From the NCBI GenBank assembly GCA_965215885.1, contig CBDCEW010000098.1, positions 64,001-128,000 of the forward strand: a stretch of 64,000 bases of DNA. Reading direction: 5' to 3'. This DNA is from Candidatus Moanibacter sp. (lineage in GTDB: Bacteria > Verrucomicrobiota > Verrucomicrobiia > Opitutales > UBA2987). The position numbers and the translations under genes were made by a program. Of this stretch, positions 20,060 through 30,450 are shown one piece after another (positions within the stretch are counted from its first letter, which is position 1; each line of letters starts with the position of its first letter). The notes beneath the pieces are model-generated. The model did not search any database and was not told the origin of the DNA. It was given only the letters and a program-made list of their open reading frames with translations.

Positions 20060-22576
20060 ATGGGTAAGACACTAATCATAGCAGAAAAACCGAGCGTGGC
20101 CCGAGATCTCGCGGCATCGTTAGGAAAATTTCGGAAGGAGAAAGACCGGTTTGAAAACGAAAGTTATATAATCTCATCCGCGATTGGTCACCTCGTAGAG
20201 CTGTATATGCCGGAGGACATTGATAAGAAACTTCGCTACTGGCGTCTTGAAAATCTACCTATAATCCCATCCAAATTTGAACTCAAGCCGATCGAGAAGA
20301 CTAAGTCCAGATTCGCGGAACTCAAAAGGTTACTGAATCGAAAAGACGTCACGGATGTTGTAAACGCATGTGACGCCGGGAGGGAGGGGGAACTCATATT
20401 CATCAACATGTATGAACTGGCGAATTGCAAAAAACGGGTTCGGCGGCTCTGGATGCAGTCGATGACAAAGCAGGCGATTAGGCAGGCATTTGAAAATTTG
20501 AGGCAGGGAGAGGAAATGCGCTCTCTGCAAAACGCGGCACGTTCACGCTCCGAGGCCGATTGGCTAATAGGGATAAACGGCACTCGGGCCATCACAACGA
20601 GAATGTACGGCAGGGCCCGTGGAAATGTCGCCACCGTGGGCCGAGTGCAAACTCCTACCTTAAATCTGGTCGTCGATCGTGAAAGAGAGATACGTAATTT
20701 TGAGCCGCAATCATATTGGCGTATTGTAGGTCAGTTCGATATCGCGGCCGGTGAATACGAAGGAATATATCAGAAGAGAGGATACCGAAAGGGCGAAACA
20801 AAGACTGAAGATGCGTCTCCTTTGCGATCCGCACATGACCGCGTCGACAGGATATGGAATCGCGATCTGGCGGCACGTATCATAGATGAGACAAAGGGTT
20901 GCGAATGGGCCGGCGTAAAGGAAGAGAAAAAGCGCACCAAACAGATAGCGCCACAACTCTACGATCTAACCACCCTTCAACGCGAAGCCAACAGTCGTTT
21001 CGGCATGTCAGCCCGGCGCACTCTCCAGGTCGCGCAGGATCTATACGAGAAGCACAAGCTTATCACCTACCCTAGAACGGACTCTCGGGCTCTCCCGGAA
21101 GACTACATACCGACATGCAAAAACGTCTTGTCGATGCTTCATGGTGAGATCGAGGATTTTGCTCAGACAGTTTTGAAAAATGAGTGGGTCAGGCCAAATC
21201 GTAGAGTGTTCAACAATAAGCAGATAAGCGACCATTTCGCAGTAATTCCCACGGGCCTGCAGGGCAAGCAGCTCAGGTCCGAAGAAGTTAAAATTTTTGA
21301 CATGATATTGCGACGTTTTGTTGCCGTCTTTTTCCCGTCGGCGGAATTTGATGTGACAATCCGTCTCAGTTCCATAGGGGAACACGATTTCAAAACAGAA
21401 GGAAAAGTCCTGGTAAAGCCCGGGTGGCTGAGTGTCTACGGAAAGGATGCGACAGCCAAAGGAAATCTGGTTCCACTCTCGAGCGAAGATGGTTCGCCCC
21501 CACGGGCAAAAGTTGTGGCTGTCGAGCTGAGAGAGGAATCGACAAAGCCCCCTCCGAGGTACTCGGAAGCCTCCCTTCTATCCGCCATGGAAGGAGCGGG
21601 AAAGTTTGTCGAGGATGAAGAACTGGCGGAGGCGATGCGAGACAAGGGTCTCGGCACGCCGGCGACACGTGCACAGACTATTGAGCAGCTTATCAATCAA
21701 AAATATCTGGAACGGGAAAAGCGCGATCTGATACCTACCGCGAAAGCTGAAGGCCTTCTCGATTTTCTTAATGCCGTCCATGCTGAATCGCTTACCAGTC
21801 CGTCCATGACGGGCGACTGGGAATATAAGCTTCATCTCATCGAGACAGAAGAACTGAGTCGGGAGGAGTTCATGCGTGGCATCGCCCAAATGACCTCGGA
21901 AATTGTGGAGAGGACAAAGTCATTCAGCGAAGAGGCTGCTGGAATAAGGGAAACTTCGATAATTTCGCCAAGCGATCGAAAGCCGATTTTGGAAACCTTA
22001 CGCACTTTCAAATCTCAAGACGGCGCTATTTTAGTCTATAAGACAATGGGAAACCGCAAACTCGATGAAGAAGAGGTAAGAGTGCTCGTAAAGGAAGGAC
22101 AAGTAGGACCTCTGGAAGGATTCCGCTCGAAGGCGGGAAAGCCGTTTATCGCTAGCTTAAGGCTAAACCAGGAATCCAAAGTAGAGTTTGTTTTCCAAAA
22201 CGCCGATCGTGATGGAAATGCGAATAAGGAAGAAAACGTTGATATCTCTAAGCTTCCGATCGTAGGATCGTGCCCGAAGAGATGCTCGAAGGAAGGGGCA
22301 ATAGCGAATGTTTACGAGGCGGATAATGCTTTCGCGTGCGAGAACTCTCTAAACAACAATAGAGTTTGCGATTTCAGGATAAGTCGCAAGATTTTGGGTC
22401 AGTCATTGCCGTCGAACCAGGTCAAAAAATTGCTGCTCGAAGGAAAGACCGATCTCATCGAAAATTTTCGATCGAAGCGCACAAAAAAGTATTTCTCGGC
22501 CTATCTGGTGCTGAAGAAGCGTGGGGAGATCGGTTTCGAATTCCCTCCCCGCCCGTCTAAAGGGAGCAAAAAGTAG
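20060..22576 (+). CDS. topB: DNA topoisomerase III
   Basis: IAEKPSVA, DAGREGE, GRVQTPT, ITYPRTDS, C-terminal repeats GFRSKAGKPF. Confidence 0.93.
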   Translation: MGKTLIIAEKPSVARDLAASLGKFRKEKDRFENESYIISSAIGHLVELYMPEDIDKKLRYWRLENLPIIPSKFELKPIEKTKSRFAELKRLLNRKDVTDVVNACDAGREGELIFINMYELANCKKRVRRLWMQSMTKQAIRQAFENLRQGEEMRSLQNAARSRSEADWLIGINGTRAITTRMYGRARGNVATVGRVQTPTLNLVVDREREIRNFEPQSYWRIVGQFDIAAGEYEGIYQKRGYRKGETKTEDASPLRSAHDRVDRIWNRDLAARIIDETKGCEWAGVKEEKKRTKQIAPQLYDLTTLQREANSRFGMSARRTLQVAQDLYEKHKLITYPRTDSRALPEDYIPTCKNVLSMLHGEIEDFAQTVLKNEWVRPNRRVFNNKQISDHFAVIPTGLQGKQLRSEEVKIFDMILRRFVAVFFPSAEFDVTIRLSSIGEHDFKTEGKVLVKPGWLSVYGKDATAKGNLVPLSSEDGSPPRAKVVAVELREESTKPPPRYSEASLLSAMEGAGKFVEDEELAEAMRDKGLGTPATRAQTIEQLINQKYLEREKRDLIPTAKAEGLLDFLNAVHAESLTSPSMTGDWEYKLHLIETEELSREEFMRGIAQMTSEIVERTKSFSEEAAGIRETSIISPSDRKPILETLRTFKSQDGAILVYKTMGNRKLDEEEVRVLVKEGQVGPLEGFRSKAGKPFIASLRLNQESKVEFVFQNADRDGNANKEENVDISKLPIVGSCPKRCSKEGAIANVYEADNAFACENSLNNNRVCDFRISRKILGQSLPSNQVKKLLLEGKTDLIENFRSKRTKKYFSAYLVLKKRGEIGFEFPPRPSKGSKK

Positions 22577-22697
22577 CGGCTCCACCTGCCGGAAGCACTT
22601 CAATACAAAGATGAAACCACGCCGGACGGATTCTTGCCGAACGTAATAAAAATCATATATCGTTTCAGATAAACGAAATTCCCGAAGGAACTTTGTC

Positions 22698-23732
22698 ATG
22701 CCGATAGCATCGCCCCATCAGTTTGCGTCCATGCTCAATGCTGCCCAGGAAGGAGCCTACGCCTATCCCGCTGTAAACTGCACTTCTATCAGCACGATTA
22801 ATGCAGCTCTCATGGGATTTGCTCAAAGGAAGTCGGACGGTATCGTTCAATTCTCCACCGGTGCAGGCGAATTTGCCTCCGGTGGATTCAATAAGGATGC
22901 TGTCAGCGGCGTGATAGTCCTGGCGGAGGCGGCTCACCGCCTGGCCGCAAGGCACGATGTATTTATTGCGCTTCATACGGATCACTGCCCACCGGACAAG
23001 GCAGGCACATTTCTCAAACCGCTTATTGAGGAGACGGCGGCGAGGCGCAAAAGGGGTCTCAGTAATCTCTTTCAGGGTCATATGCTGGATGCTTCGGCCC
23101 TGCCCTTGAAGGAAAATCTGGAGATGTCCAGGGAGTATCTCAAACTTTGTACCGAGAATGACATTGTCCTCGAAGTGGAAGCCGGTGTGGTAGGTGGCGA
23201 AGAAGACGGAGCGGCCGGCACTAAGGACACTCCTCGGGAGAAGCTATATACGACACCCGAAGATATGCTCGAAGTTTTTGAGTCTCTCCAAGGTTTGGGA
23301 CGCTATATGTTTGCCGCTACTTTCGGCAATGTCCACGGCCACTACAAACCGGGTGCGGTGAAACTGCGACCCGATATTCTGAAAGAGGGTCAGCAGGCTG
23401 TGATTTCCCGTTTTGGAGAGGAGGCGGAATTCGACCTCGTTTTTCACGGTGGATCAGGTTCCCCCATGGAAGAAATACGTGAAACGCTCCAGTATGGCGT
23501 AATCAAAATGAATATCGATACGGATACTCAATATGCATTCACCCGACCCATAGTCGATCATCTCATGAGAAATTACGACGGGGCTCTCATGATCGACGGC
23601 GAAATCGGAATCAAGAAAATCTACGATCCCCGCTCCTATCTCACAAAGGCGGCCGAATCGATGGCTGCGAGAGTCGGTCGCGCCTGCGACGATCTGCTCT
23701 CTTCTGGTCGAACGATTTTTGGGAAGATTTGA
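22698..23732 (+). CDS. fbaA: Class II fructose-bisphosphate aldolase
   Basis: HTDHC, GGEEDG, FGNVHG, FHGGSG, KMNIDTD. Confidence 0.95.
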   Translation: MPIASPHQFASMLNAAQEGAYAYPAVNCTSISTINAALMGFAQRKSDGIVQFSTGAGEFASGGFNKDAVSGVIVLAEAAHRLAARHDVFIALHTDHCPPDKAGTFLKPLIEETAARRKRGLSNLFQGHMLDASALPLKENLEMSREYLKLCTENDIVLEVEAGVVGGEEDGAAGTKDTPREKLYTTPEDMLEVFESLQGLGRYMFAATFGNVHGHYKPGAVKLRPDILKEGQQAVISRFGEEAEFDLVFHGGSGSPMEEIRETLQYGVIKMNIDTDTQYAFTRPIVDHLMRNYDGALMIDGEIGIKKIYDPRSYLTKAAESMAARVGRACDDLLSSGRTIFGKI

Positions 23733-23740
23733 CTCCGCCT

Positions 23741-24781
23741 ATGGAGAGATCTCTTTCCGCCATTTTTTGCATTCTGCTCCGGTCCGCACCGTTCGTCATG
23801 GGCGCTGATAATGTAAACCGTACTCTCACTGCTCTCGATGGAATTGAGGTAGGTCATCACACCCTGAAGGAGCGCCTCACCGGAGTAACTGTTGTACTCG
23901 CGGAAAAGGGAGTTGTGGCCGGGGTGGACGTACGCGGTTCGTCTCCAGGCACCCGTGAGACTGATCTTCTCGATCCCGTCAATACCATAGAAAAAATCCA
24001 TGCCGTGGTATTGTCCGGCGGAAGCGCATTCGGTCTGGACAGCGCATCTGGTGTCATGCGCTATCTCGAAGAACGGGGAATCGGGTACGATGTGGGAGTG
24101 GCCAGGGTTCCCATCGTTCCAGCCGCAATACTCTTTGATCTTCGCATCGGAGATCCCAGTATCAGACCAAATGCGGATAGCGGATATCTGGCTGCGAAAG
24201 CGGCGTCCAGTGTGCCCGTAGAAGAGGGGAACATCGGCGCCGGCGCCGGCGCCACGGTCGGCAAGGCACGTGGCATGGAACGGGCCATGAAGGGCGGAAT
24301 TGGGAGCTACGCCGTCACCCTCCCAAGTGGACTGAAAGTAGCGGCACTTGTCGCTGTAAACGCCATAGGCGACATCGTAGATCCCAAATCCGGAAAAGTG
24401 ATAGCGGGGGCACGTAGCGCGGACGGCCGCGATTTGATCGACATTCGACTTCATCAAGGGGAAAGTCACCAAAAAAGGACCCACTCGATCGAAAACACCA
24501 CGATAGGCGTAGTCGCCACCAATGCCCGGCTGACGAAGGCCCAGGCAAATAAGATCGCTCAGATGGCACATGACGGGCTCGCCCGAACGATCTATCCTGC
24601 TCACACTCCACATGATGGCGATGCTCTATTTGCGTTGGCTACCGGACGCTTCGCTGGAGAGGCGGATCTTACCCTGATCGGAACATTGGCCGCGGAGGCA
24701 GTCGCGGAGGCGGTTGTTCGCGCCGTAAGGAGAGCCGCAAGCATTCCGGGATACCCCTCGGCGAGTGATCTGGAGGATTAG
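23741..24781 (+). CDS. P1/DmpA-family peptidase (S58), possible signal peptide
   Basis: PGTRETDLL, GGSAFGL, NTTIGVVATNA, DGDALF. Confidence 0.9.
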   Translation: MERSLSAIFCILLRSAPFVMGADNVNRTLTALDGIEVGHHTLKERLTGVTVVLAEKGVVAGVDVRGSSPGTRETDLLDPVNTIEKIHAVVLSGGSAFGLDSASGVMRYLEERGIGYDVGVARVPIVPAAILFDLRIGDPSIRPNADSGYLAAKAASSVPVEEGNIGAGAGATVGKARGMERAMKGGIGSYAVTLPSGLKVAALVAVNAIGDIVDPKSGKVIAGARSADGRDLIDIRLHQGESHQKRTHSIENTTIGVVATNARLTKAQANKIAQMAHDGLARTIYPAHTPHDGDALFALATGRFAGEADLTLIGTLAAEAVAEAVVRAVRRAASIPGYPSASDLED

Positions 24782-24782
24782 T

Positions 24783-26012
24783 GTGAGTTTCTCTGTATAT
24801 CTCAAACAAGGCGGAATTTTTGTAGGCATCGTGTGTCTGACTTTTGCCTTGATTCTTCCGTTGGGAGGCTACTCGCAAGATTCGGGGGCCTTCCAGGGAG
24901 AAAAAGTTGAGCGGTCGAATCGCTATGTCGAACGCGGCGAAGAATTACAAAAGGTCGGTGATTACAAAGGCGCTTTGATGGATTACGACGAAGCTATCAG
25001 AATATACCCGAAAAACGTCGGAGCCTACGTCGCCCGGGGTAGACTCAAAGTCGAAAATGAGAACGTCGATGGAGGGTTCATGGACTACTCCGAAGCCATT
25101 GAGATCGATCCTGAATATGATCCCGCCTATTACGAGCGAAGCCGCGCCCTGAAAAAGAAGGAGGATTGGGAGGGAGCCCTGAGCGATCTCTCGCAGGCCA
25201 TAGAGTTGAATTCCTCGAATGGAGATTATTACGAGCAGCGCGCCGATTTGAGGATGAACAGACACCTTTACGCGGAAGCCGCGGAGGACTATGAACGGTT
25301 GGCCAACATACAGAAGGATTCGGCCATCCCGTTGGGTCATGCGGGAGGCGCGAAACTATTCGATGGGGATTTCGAAGGTGCCCTCGAGACCCTGAACAAG
25401 GCGTTGAAACGGAATCGTCACTATTCGGGTGCCTATCTTTTGCGAGCCAACCTGAAAGTTCTAAAGAGCCTGTACAAGAGCGCCCTCGTAGATTATGGGA
25501 AATCCATCCGCATGGACAACCGCAACGCCGGTAGCTTTTTTTCCCGTGGATTGTTCTATTTCGCCCAGGGACAAATTGAAAAGGCCCGAAAAGACATAGC
25601 GGAAGGATTGCAGTGGGCGACGGAGGAGGAATCGGTCGATTATGCCAATCTTTGGCTATTCCTGATCGACGGACAGTCCGGAAAAGAAGCATCCGCCACA
25701 GAGAAACTGCGGCTTTACTTCGAGGATCGCCCTGTTGAAAAAGAGGGAGACTGGTATGAAACGTTGGCAAATTTTCTCATTCAAAAAATTTCCGAGAGCG
25801 AGTTATTTGATTCTGCGGTCGACTCAGACCCCATCATCGAAATTGAGCAAATGTGTGAAGCCTACTTTTATACCGCTCAGTTGAATCTGCTGAACAGGAA
25901 ATATAGCGAGGCCGTCGAGTTGCTCAAAGATTGCCTGGAGTCTCGGATAATTCGCTTTTACGAATATCAGGCTGCTACGGTCCAACTCCGGAGACTTGAG
26001 GAGAGCCCCTAG
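24783..26012 (+). CDS. Exported TPR protein with NlpI-like C-terminus
   Basis: Signal peptide, multiple TPRs, CEAYFY...FYEY. Confidence 0.85.
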   Translation: MSFSVYLKQGGIFVGIVCLTFALILPLGGYSQDSGAFQGEKVERSNRYVERGEELQKVGDYKGALMDYDEAIRIYPKNVGAYVARGRLKVENENVDGGFMDYSEAIEIDPEYDPAYYERSRALKKKEDWEGALSDLSQAIELNSSNGDYYEQRADLRMNRHLYAEAAEDYERLANIQKDSAIPLGHAGGAKLFDGDFEGALETLNKALKRNRHYSGAYLLRANLKVLKSLYKSALVDYGKSIRMDNRNAGSFFSRGLFYFAQGQIEKARKDIAEGLQWATEEESVDYANLWLFLIDGQSGKEASATEKLRLYFEDRPVEKEGDWYETLANFLIQKISESELFDSAVDSDPIIEIEQMCEAYFYTAQLNLLNRKYSEAVELLKDCLESRIIRFYEYQAATVQLRRLEESP

Positions 26013-26372
26013 CCCGCATATTTCACACACTTCGTAGCGAGATCCCGGCGCGCCGTGAATCGCTGCGTATCAAAGCCTTTCCGCATGACGGCGGGCGATC
26101 CCGGCTTTTACCACAGTTTAGCGTTTCTGAGGCTGCCCCGGTCTTGTGCCGGGGTGGCGCACGGTATACAGCTACAATATGCGATCGCCACCGCGCACCC
26201 CCCCACCGGTCCTTTCTCGCCCGAGACCGAACACGGCTGGGGCGAGAAAGGACCGGTGGGGGGGTTGGTAGAGGCACACGGTTTTAGCAGGGAACGCGCG
26301 CCACCCCGGCACAAGACCGGGGCAGCCGTCAATCAAAGGCACGCTAAGCAGGTGGTGAAATTTCCGGGCTAG
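26009..26372. mobile_element. Composite MITE: half of family A plus a triple-nested inverted repeat
   Basis: CTAG at both ends; perfect 30-bp IR 26131-26160/26298-26327; inner 25-bp IR 26198-26222/26240-26264. Confidence 0.85.
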
Positions 26373-26710
26373 AATGGCACATCGTCTTCAGGTTCAGAAC
26401 TGTAGTCAGTCGTGTCCTCCGGATCCGGCGTGTCCTCAGCAGGAGATTCGGTGAGCTTCTCTATCTTCCATGCCTGAAGGTTTACGTAATACCGGTCCTT
26501 GTACTCATTTCCGCGAATGTTAAACTGAACATGAACTTCATCATTAACGTTCAGATCGGCAAGAAGGTCACACCGTTCCTTAATGCACTCGATCTTGATA
26601 TCCTGCGGATAATTCTCTTCCGAAGTTAGGACGAATTCCCGCTTCGTAAATCCACTTGGGAACGTCTGTATGTCGAATATCTCTTTGATTTTTCCTTTGA
26701 GATTATGCAT
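26369..26710 (-). CDS. DUF3127 OB-fold (SSB-like) protein
   Basis: GFTKREFV...YPQ...FNIRGNEY...LQAWKI; acidic DDVPF tail. Confidence 0.85.
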   Translation of the reverse strand: MHNLKGKIKEIFDIQTFPSGFTKREFVLTSEENYPQDIKIECIKERCDLLADLNVNDEVHVQFNIRGNEYKDRYYVNLQAWKIEKLTESPAEDTPDPEDTTDYSSEPEDDVPF

Positions 26711-26714
26711 GTTC

Positions 26715-27398
26715 TTACTTTCTCTGGCTGACTAGATAGGCGCACCTTCTCGCGCCGGAAAGAATATGTTCCGTCCTCTCAACGACGGCGTTTTCTCCAA
26801 GCACCGTCTGGAAAACATTCAGCTCGGCCTGGCAAAGTCCCGTACATGATCGAGCCGCGCTGCATATAGGGCAATGGTTCTCAATCAAAAGGAAATCGCT
26901 CTCACTTACCTTGCATACTGCCGCCATATACCCCTCCTCCGTGCGAACTTCCGCCAGTTCCTGCAATTTTCCTCGAAGTGTGCCCTTGTTCTTCACTCTC
27001 TCTTTATACTCCTTTATCTGCCCCTCCGCCCTTACCTTCAAGAGCTTCTCAATACCCTCCTGACCGAATGTCTTACGGATTCCTTCAACAAGATTCAAGG
27101 CAAGATCCTGGTGCGCGTCCGGAAAATACTGATCTGCTTCGGCTGTTAGTCTCCACTGCTTCGCCGGCCTTCCTAACCTCCCCGGCTTCTCCTCGAAAGT
27201 CACCAGGCTCTGCTCTTTCATCTCATACAAGTGTTGCCGCACCGCCATGGCCGAAACCTTTACTACTCTGGCCAACTCCGCCGCCTCCGACGGCCCTTCG
27301 CACTTCAGTATCTCCAGTATCCTCGCCCGTGTCCGTTTCCTCGCCTTTGATTTTACCGGCATATTGTTCTTTGCTTGGGATGCCTTGCGCCTGCTCAT
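26715..27398 (-). CDS. SufR-like HTH metalloregulator with predicted Fe-S-binding C-terminus
   Basis: AVRQHL, GRP, NHCPI, CTGLCQAEL, RRCAY. Confidence 0.85.
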   Translation of the reverse strand: MSRRKASQAKNNMPVKSKARKRTRARILEILKCEGPSEAAELARVVKVSAMAVRQHLYEMKEQSLVTFEEKPGRLGRPAKQWRLTAEADQYFPDAHQDLALNLVEGIRKTFGQEGIEKLLKVRAEGQIKEYKERVKNKGTLRGKLQELAEVRTEEGYMAAVCKVSESDFLLIENHCPICSAARSCTGLCQAELNVFQTVLGENAVVERTEHILSGARRCAYLVSQRK

Positions 27399-27430
27399 GT
27401 GAGGAAAATATGAGGGTTTTCGAGAATATT

Positions 27431-27488
27431 TAAAGATTTTTCTTTACAAATGTAAAACACGAACTACTTTTCTAAAGAAAAATCTTTA
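27431..27488. promoter_or_regulatory. Two palindromic operators TAAAGA-N4-TCTTTA between divergent genes
   Basis: 27431-27446 taaagatttttcttta and 27473-27488 taaagaaaaatcttta are exact reverse complements. Confidence 0.8.
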
Positions 27489-27503
27489 GTAATAGGTGGC
27501 GGT

Positions 27504-29255
27504 ATGAAAAAAAATGGAAGATATATCAAGGTGGGCAAGATTGGAGAGCTGGAGGAAGGAGAGATGCAGCAGGTACGGGTTGGAGATCGCACCGTTGTTT
27601 TGATCCACCTTAACGGAGAGGTTAGAGCACTGGACAACCGATGTCCGCACATGGGGTTTCCACTGAGCCAGGGGACCGTAAAGAACGGCATACTGACATG
27701 CCATTGGCATCATGCGCGATTCGACATCTCCAGCGGCTGCACCTTTGACCTATTTGCGGACGACGTTCCTGTATACGAAACTTACGTGGAGGATGGCGAT
27801 ATTCATGTATCGAAAAATCCGACCCGGGAACCTACGCAGGAGTACTACAGCAAGCGATTGGCGAGGGGTCTCGAGCAGAATATAGGACTGATCCAAGCCA
27901 AGAGCATCATCGGGATGCTTGAATTCAACTCGGACTATCGGTCGATTGTAAGAGAGATAGCGCGCTTCGGTGGCGCCAACCACGAGAGTTGGGGAGATGG
28001 AATGACTAGCCTGGCGGTAGTGGCAAACCTGTGGCCGAATCTAGGCGAGAATAGCCGAATACATTCCTTGGCCAAAGCATCGCGAATGTTGGCCCGGAAC
28101 TGTGCCGGAATGCCGACCCGTCGTGATAGGAATGCTTTGGAAGGCACAACCGTGGCGATCGACCAACTCAAACAATGGTTTCATCACTGGGCCATGGTAC
28201 GACAGCGGGATGGAGCGGAACGCACCCTGCTGACGGCTGCGGATGTGGTGGGGGATTCTCCCGGATTCAACGACCTGGCTTTTGGAACGATCAGCGATCG
28301 CATATTTTCGAACCAGGGGCACACCCTAGATTTCTTCAATAAGGCCTGTGAGTTGCTGGGCCATATAGGCTGGGATTCCGCGGAGTCGATCTTCCCTACC
28401 CTCATGCCACAGATCGCGAATGCTCGGGGAGGCGAAGAACAGAGCGCCTGGCGAACACCGATTGATCTAATTGAAATTGTCCGTGCGGCCGAAGCTGACC
28501 TTCCCACGCTGTTAAGTGATCGTAGCAATAAGACCGTGCCGGTTAAAGAGGGCCTATTCGAGATCCTCTGGGGGGATGATCCTTACGCTGTGGCGTCTGT
28601 CTTGAAAGAGGAAATTTCCCGAGGTGCGGACATCCTGGACCTTGCGCGTTATGTCTGTTATGCGGCAGCGATGCGGCTGGCCCGTTTTCCCGAGTCAAAC
28701 GATATCAATGATTGGTTTGATCCGGTTCACACCTTGAACTACGCCAACGCGGTCTATCAAAGTCTCTCCAGGTCGATATCGGTTGATACGGTGAAAGGAT
28801 TGTATCATGCCGCCCTCTCAGTCTACAAAGACCGTTTCTTGAATATTCCCGAAGCCAAACTCCCCCATGAGCGAAACGGCTTCAAAGATCTTCCCGATGA
28901 TCCGGACGCGCTCCTGGAAAACCTTCTGGAGTTGCTCAATCACCGCCAGAATCTAACGGCTGTTACCTCGTCGGTTGCGCGATATGTCCGCCTCGATCAT
29001 CCCAGAGAGCGCCTCATTGATTCGCTCGCCTTCGCCACCCTCCGGGAAGATGTCGATTTTCACAAAATTCAAATCCTCGAAGCGGGTGTGCGGCAGGCCG
29101 AGCTTTGGCGGGGGCGTGTCGAGGAAGAGCATATCTATGTGGGGGTTGCCCGCCACCTCGCTGCCCACTGCCCTACCCGGCGTGCCGAATCACGCATGAC
29201 CGACATCGCCATTCGCCTCCACCGAGGTGAAGCCATCTATGAGGAGGATGGGTGA
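27504..29255 (+). CDS. Rieske [2Fe-2S] domain protein with a large His-bearing helical C-terminal region
   Basis: CPH...CHWH Rieske motif; GHTLDF, VHTLNY, DFHKIQ. Confidence 0.85.
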   Translation: MKKNGRYIKVGKIGELEEGEMQQVRVGDRTVVLIHLNGEVRALDNRCPHMGFPLSQGTVKNGILTCHWHHARFDISSGCTFDLFADDVPVYETYVEDGDIHVSKNPTREPTQEYYSKRLARGLEQNIGLIQAKSIIGMLEFNSDYRSIVREIARFGGANHESWGDGMTSLAVVANLWPNLGENSRIHSLAKASRMLARNCAGMPTRRDRNALEGTTVAIDQLKQWFHHWAMVRQRDGAERTLLTAADVVGDSPGFNDLAFGTISDRIFSNQGHTLDFFNKACELLGHIGWDSAESIFPTLMPQIANARGGEEQSAWRTPIDLIEIVRAAEADLPTLLSDRSNKTVPVKEGLFEILWGDDPYAVASVLKEEISRGADILDLARYVCYAAAMRLARFPESNDINDWFDPVHTLNYANAVYQSLSRSISVDTVKGLYHAALSVYKDRFLNIPEAKLPHERNGFKDLPDDPDALLENLLELLNHRQNLTAVTSSVARYVRLDHPRERLIDSLAFATLREDVDFHKIQILEAGVRQAELWRGRVEEEHIYVGVARHLAAHCPTRRAESRMTDIAIRLHRGEAIYEEDG

Positions 29256-29314
29256 TCTGGTTCGCTTTGTCCTTCAGCAGCCTAGGCCGAGGCGAAAGAG
29301 TTCAGGGTGAGGAC

Positions 29315-29379
29315 CGAAAAGCTTCCGCTTTCCGCTACACACTTCGATTCGGAACGTAGCGGAAACCGGAAGCTTTTCG
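29315..29379. terminator. REP-like hairpin between convergent genes
   Basis: cgaaaagcttccgctttccgctac...gtagcggaaaccggaagcttttcg. Confidence 0.6.
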
Positions 29380-29421
29380 TCCCGTAACTGCGACGGGTTT
29401 CCAGCCTTCCTCTTCCATCCT

Positions 29422-29907
29422 TCATCCTTCATCCTCCAGCCTTCCCCTTCCATCCTTCCTCTTCTTCTCCCCCTTCGGATGCCACCGACGGTTTTCCCGC
29501 TTGAGAAGCATGAGTTTCTCCCGTTGCTCAGGATTGAGTTGGTTTTTTATTCTGATGACCAGGCTCAAGTGCGATTTCTTGATACCGTGTTCCAGGGTGA
29601 GAACATTCTCCAATTGTATCAGGACCGCTTCCTCATCAATCTTTTCCTGTTGCATGAGTGAAACCATTGATTGCATGGCGCTTTGAAGGTCCCACTCAAG
29701 TTCCGATACGTGGGCGCGGGCATTGACAATTTCGTTCTTGATAAAATCCTCCTGCTCCTCGCTGAGATCGAGAGCACGTTGATTGTGCATTATCAGTTCG
29801 GGAGGGAAGAGATTTTCTTCCATCGGGTTACGAGGAGGATGTTGTGCCCACAAAGTATGCCCAACAATGATTAGGGTGATAGCAGGAATAGTTTTTTTGA
29901 ACGTCAT
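29422..29907 (-). CDS. Spy/CpxP/ZraP-like periplasmic protein
   Basis: Signal peptide, LDLSEEQ and LNPEQREK motifs; ggagg RBS. Confidence 0.8.
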   Translation of the reverse strand: MTFKKTIPAITLIIVGHTLWAQHPPRNPMEENLFPPELIMHNQRALDLSEEQEDFIKNEIVNARAHVSELEWDLQSAMQSMVSLMQQEKIDEEAVLIQLENVLTLEHGIKKSHLSLVIRIKNQLNPEQREKLMLLKRENRRWHPKGEKKRKDGRGRLEDEG

Positions 29908-30030
29908 GGTAGTTACCTCCATTGAGTTAATAGCAGCCTGTTGGACATTATGTTTCTTTCGGAAAAGTTACTCAGTTTCATTCCGATCCCGCTGAGCGGG
30001 ACTAACAATAAGAAAATGAATCTGTCGGTC

Positions 30031-30450
30031 TCATTCGAAAATCCTCAAGAGTTGGTCCGTCGGTGCATCCCACCCGAAAATCAGGAATGCAGAGGATGAG
30101 GGGAGAGAATCTCCAATCCACTCATATTGTTCATCGGAGGAAGCGAGGCCGGCATTCCCAAGAAGCGCATCAGTAGGTGAATGCCAACCTTCGAAATCGG
30201 TAGATGCGCTCCGTGAACCCGAAGACGGGTATGGGTCTGAGGGTCTCTTGGGAATCATCCAGAAGGCGGCGAAAGCCAATACCGTGAGGATCACAACCGG
30301 CGCAATGGTGCGACGGCGGCCGATTTTCTCAGGATGTTCACCCCGGTCTCCACTCTTCTCACAAACATCCGCGAAAAGCGGCGCCCGATTCTTATCCAGC
30401 TGTTTGAGTTCGTGAAAGAGTCCCTTTATAGCATATTTCTCCAAGTTCAT
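30031..30450 (-). CDS. Putative single-TM anti-sigma factor
   Basis: Follows the ECF sigma gene; one TM; WHSPTDALL / WDAPTDQLL repeat. Confidence 0.6.
   Translation of the reverse strand: MNLEKYAIKGLFHELKQLDKNRAPLFADVCEKSGDRGEHPEKIGRRRTIAPVVILTVLAFAAFWMIPKRPSDPYPSSGSRSASTDFEGWHSPTDALLGNAGLASSDEQYEWIGDSLPSSSAFLIFGWDAPTDQLLRIFE

Noticed and set aside
20810..20835. Possible micro-repeat insertion in topB (ASPLRSA)
   Set aside because: It matches no local repeat family and cannot be judged without an alignment.
29400..29462. 7-mer tract (ttcatcc-like) at the Spy-like gene end; 8-mer tracts at 550-620 and 43980-44020
   Set aside because: These are degenerate simple repeats with no evidence of function or phase variation.
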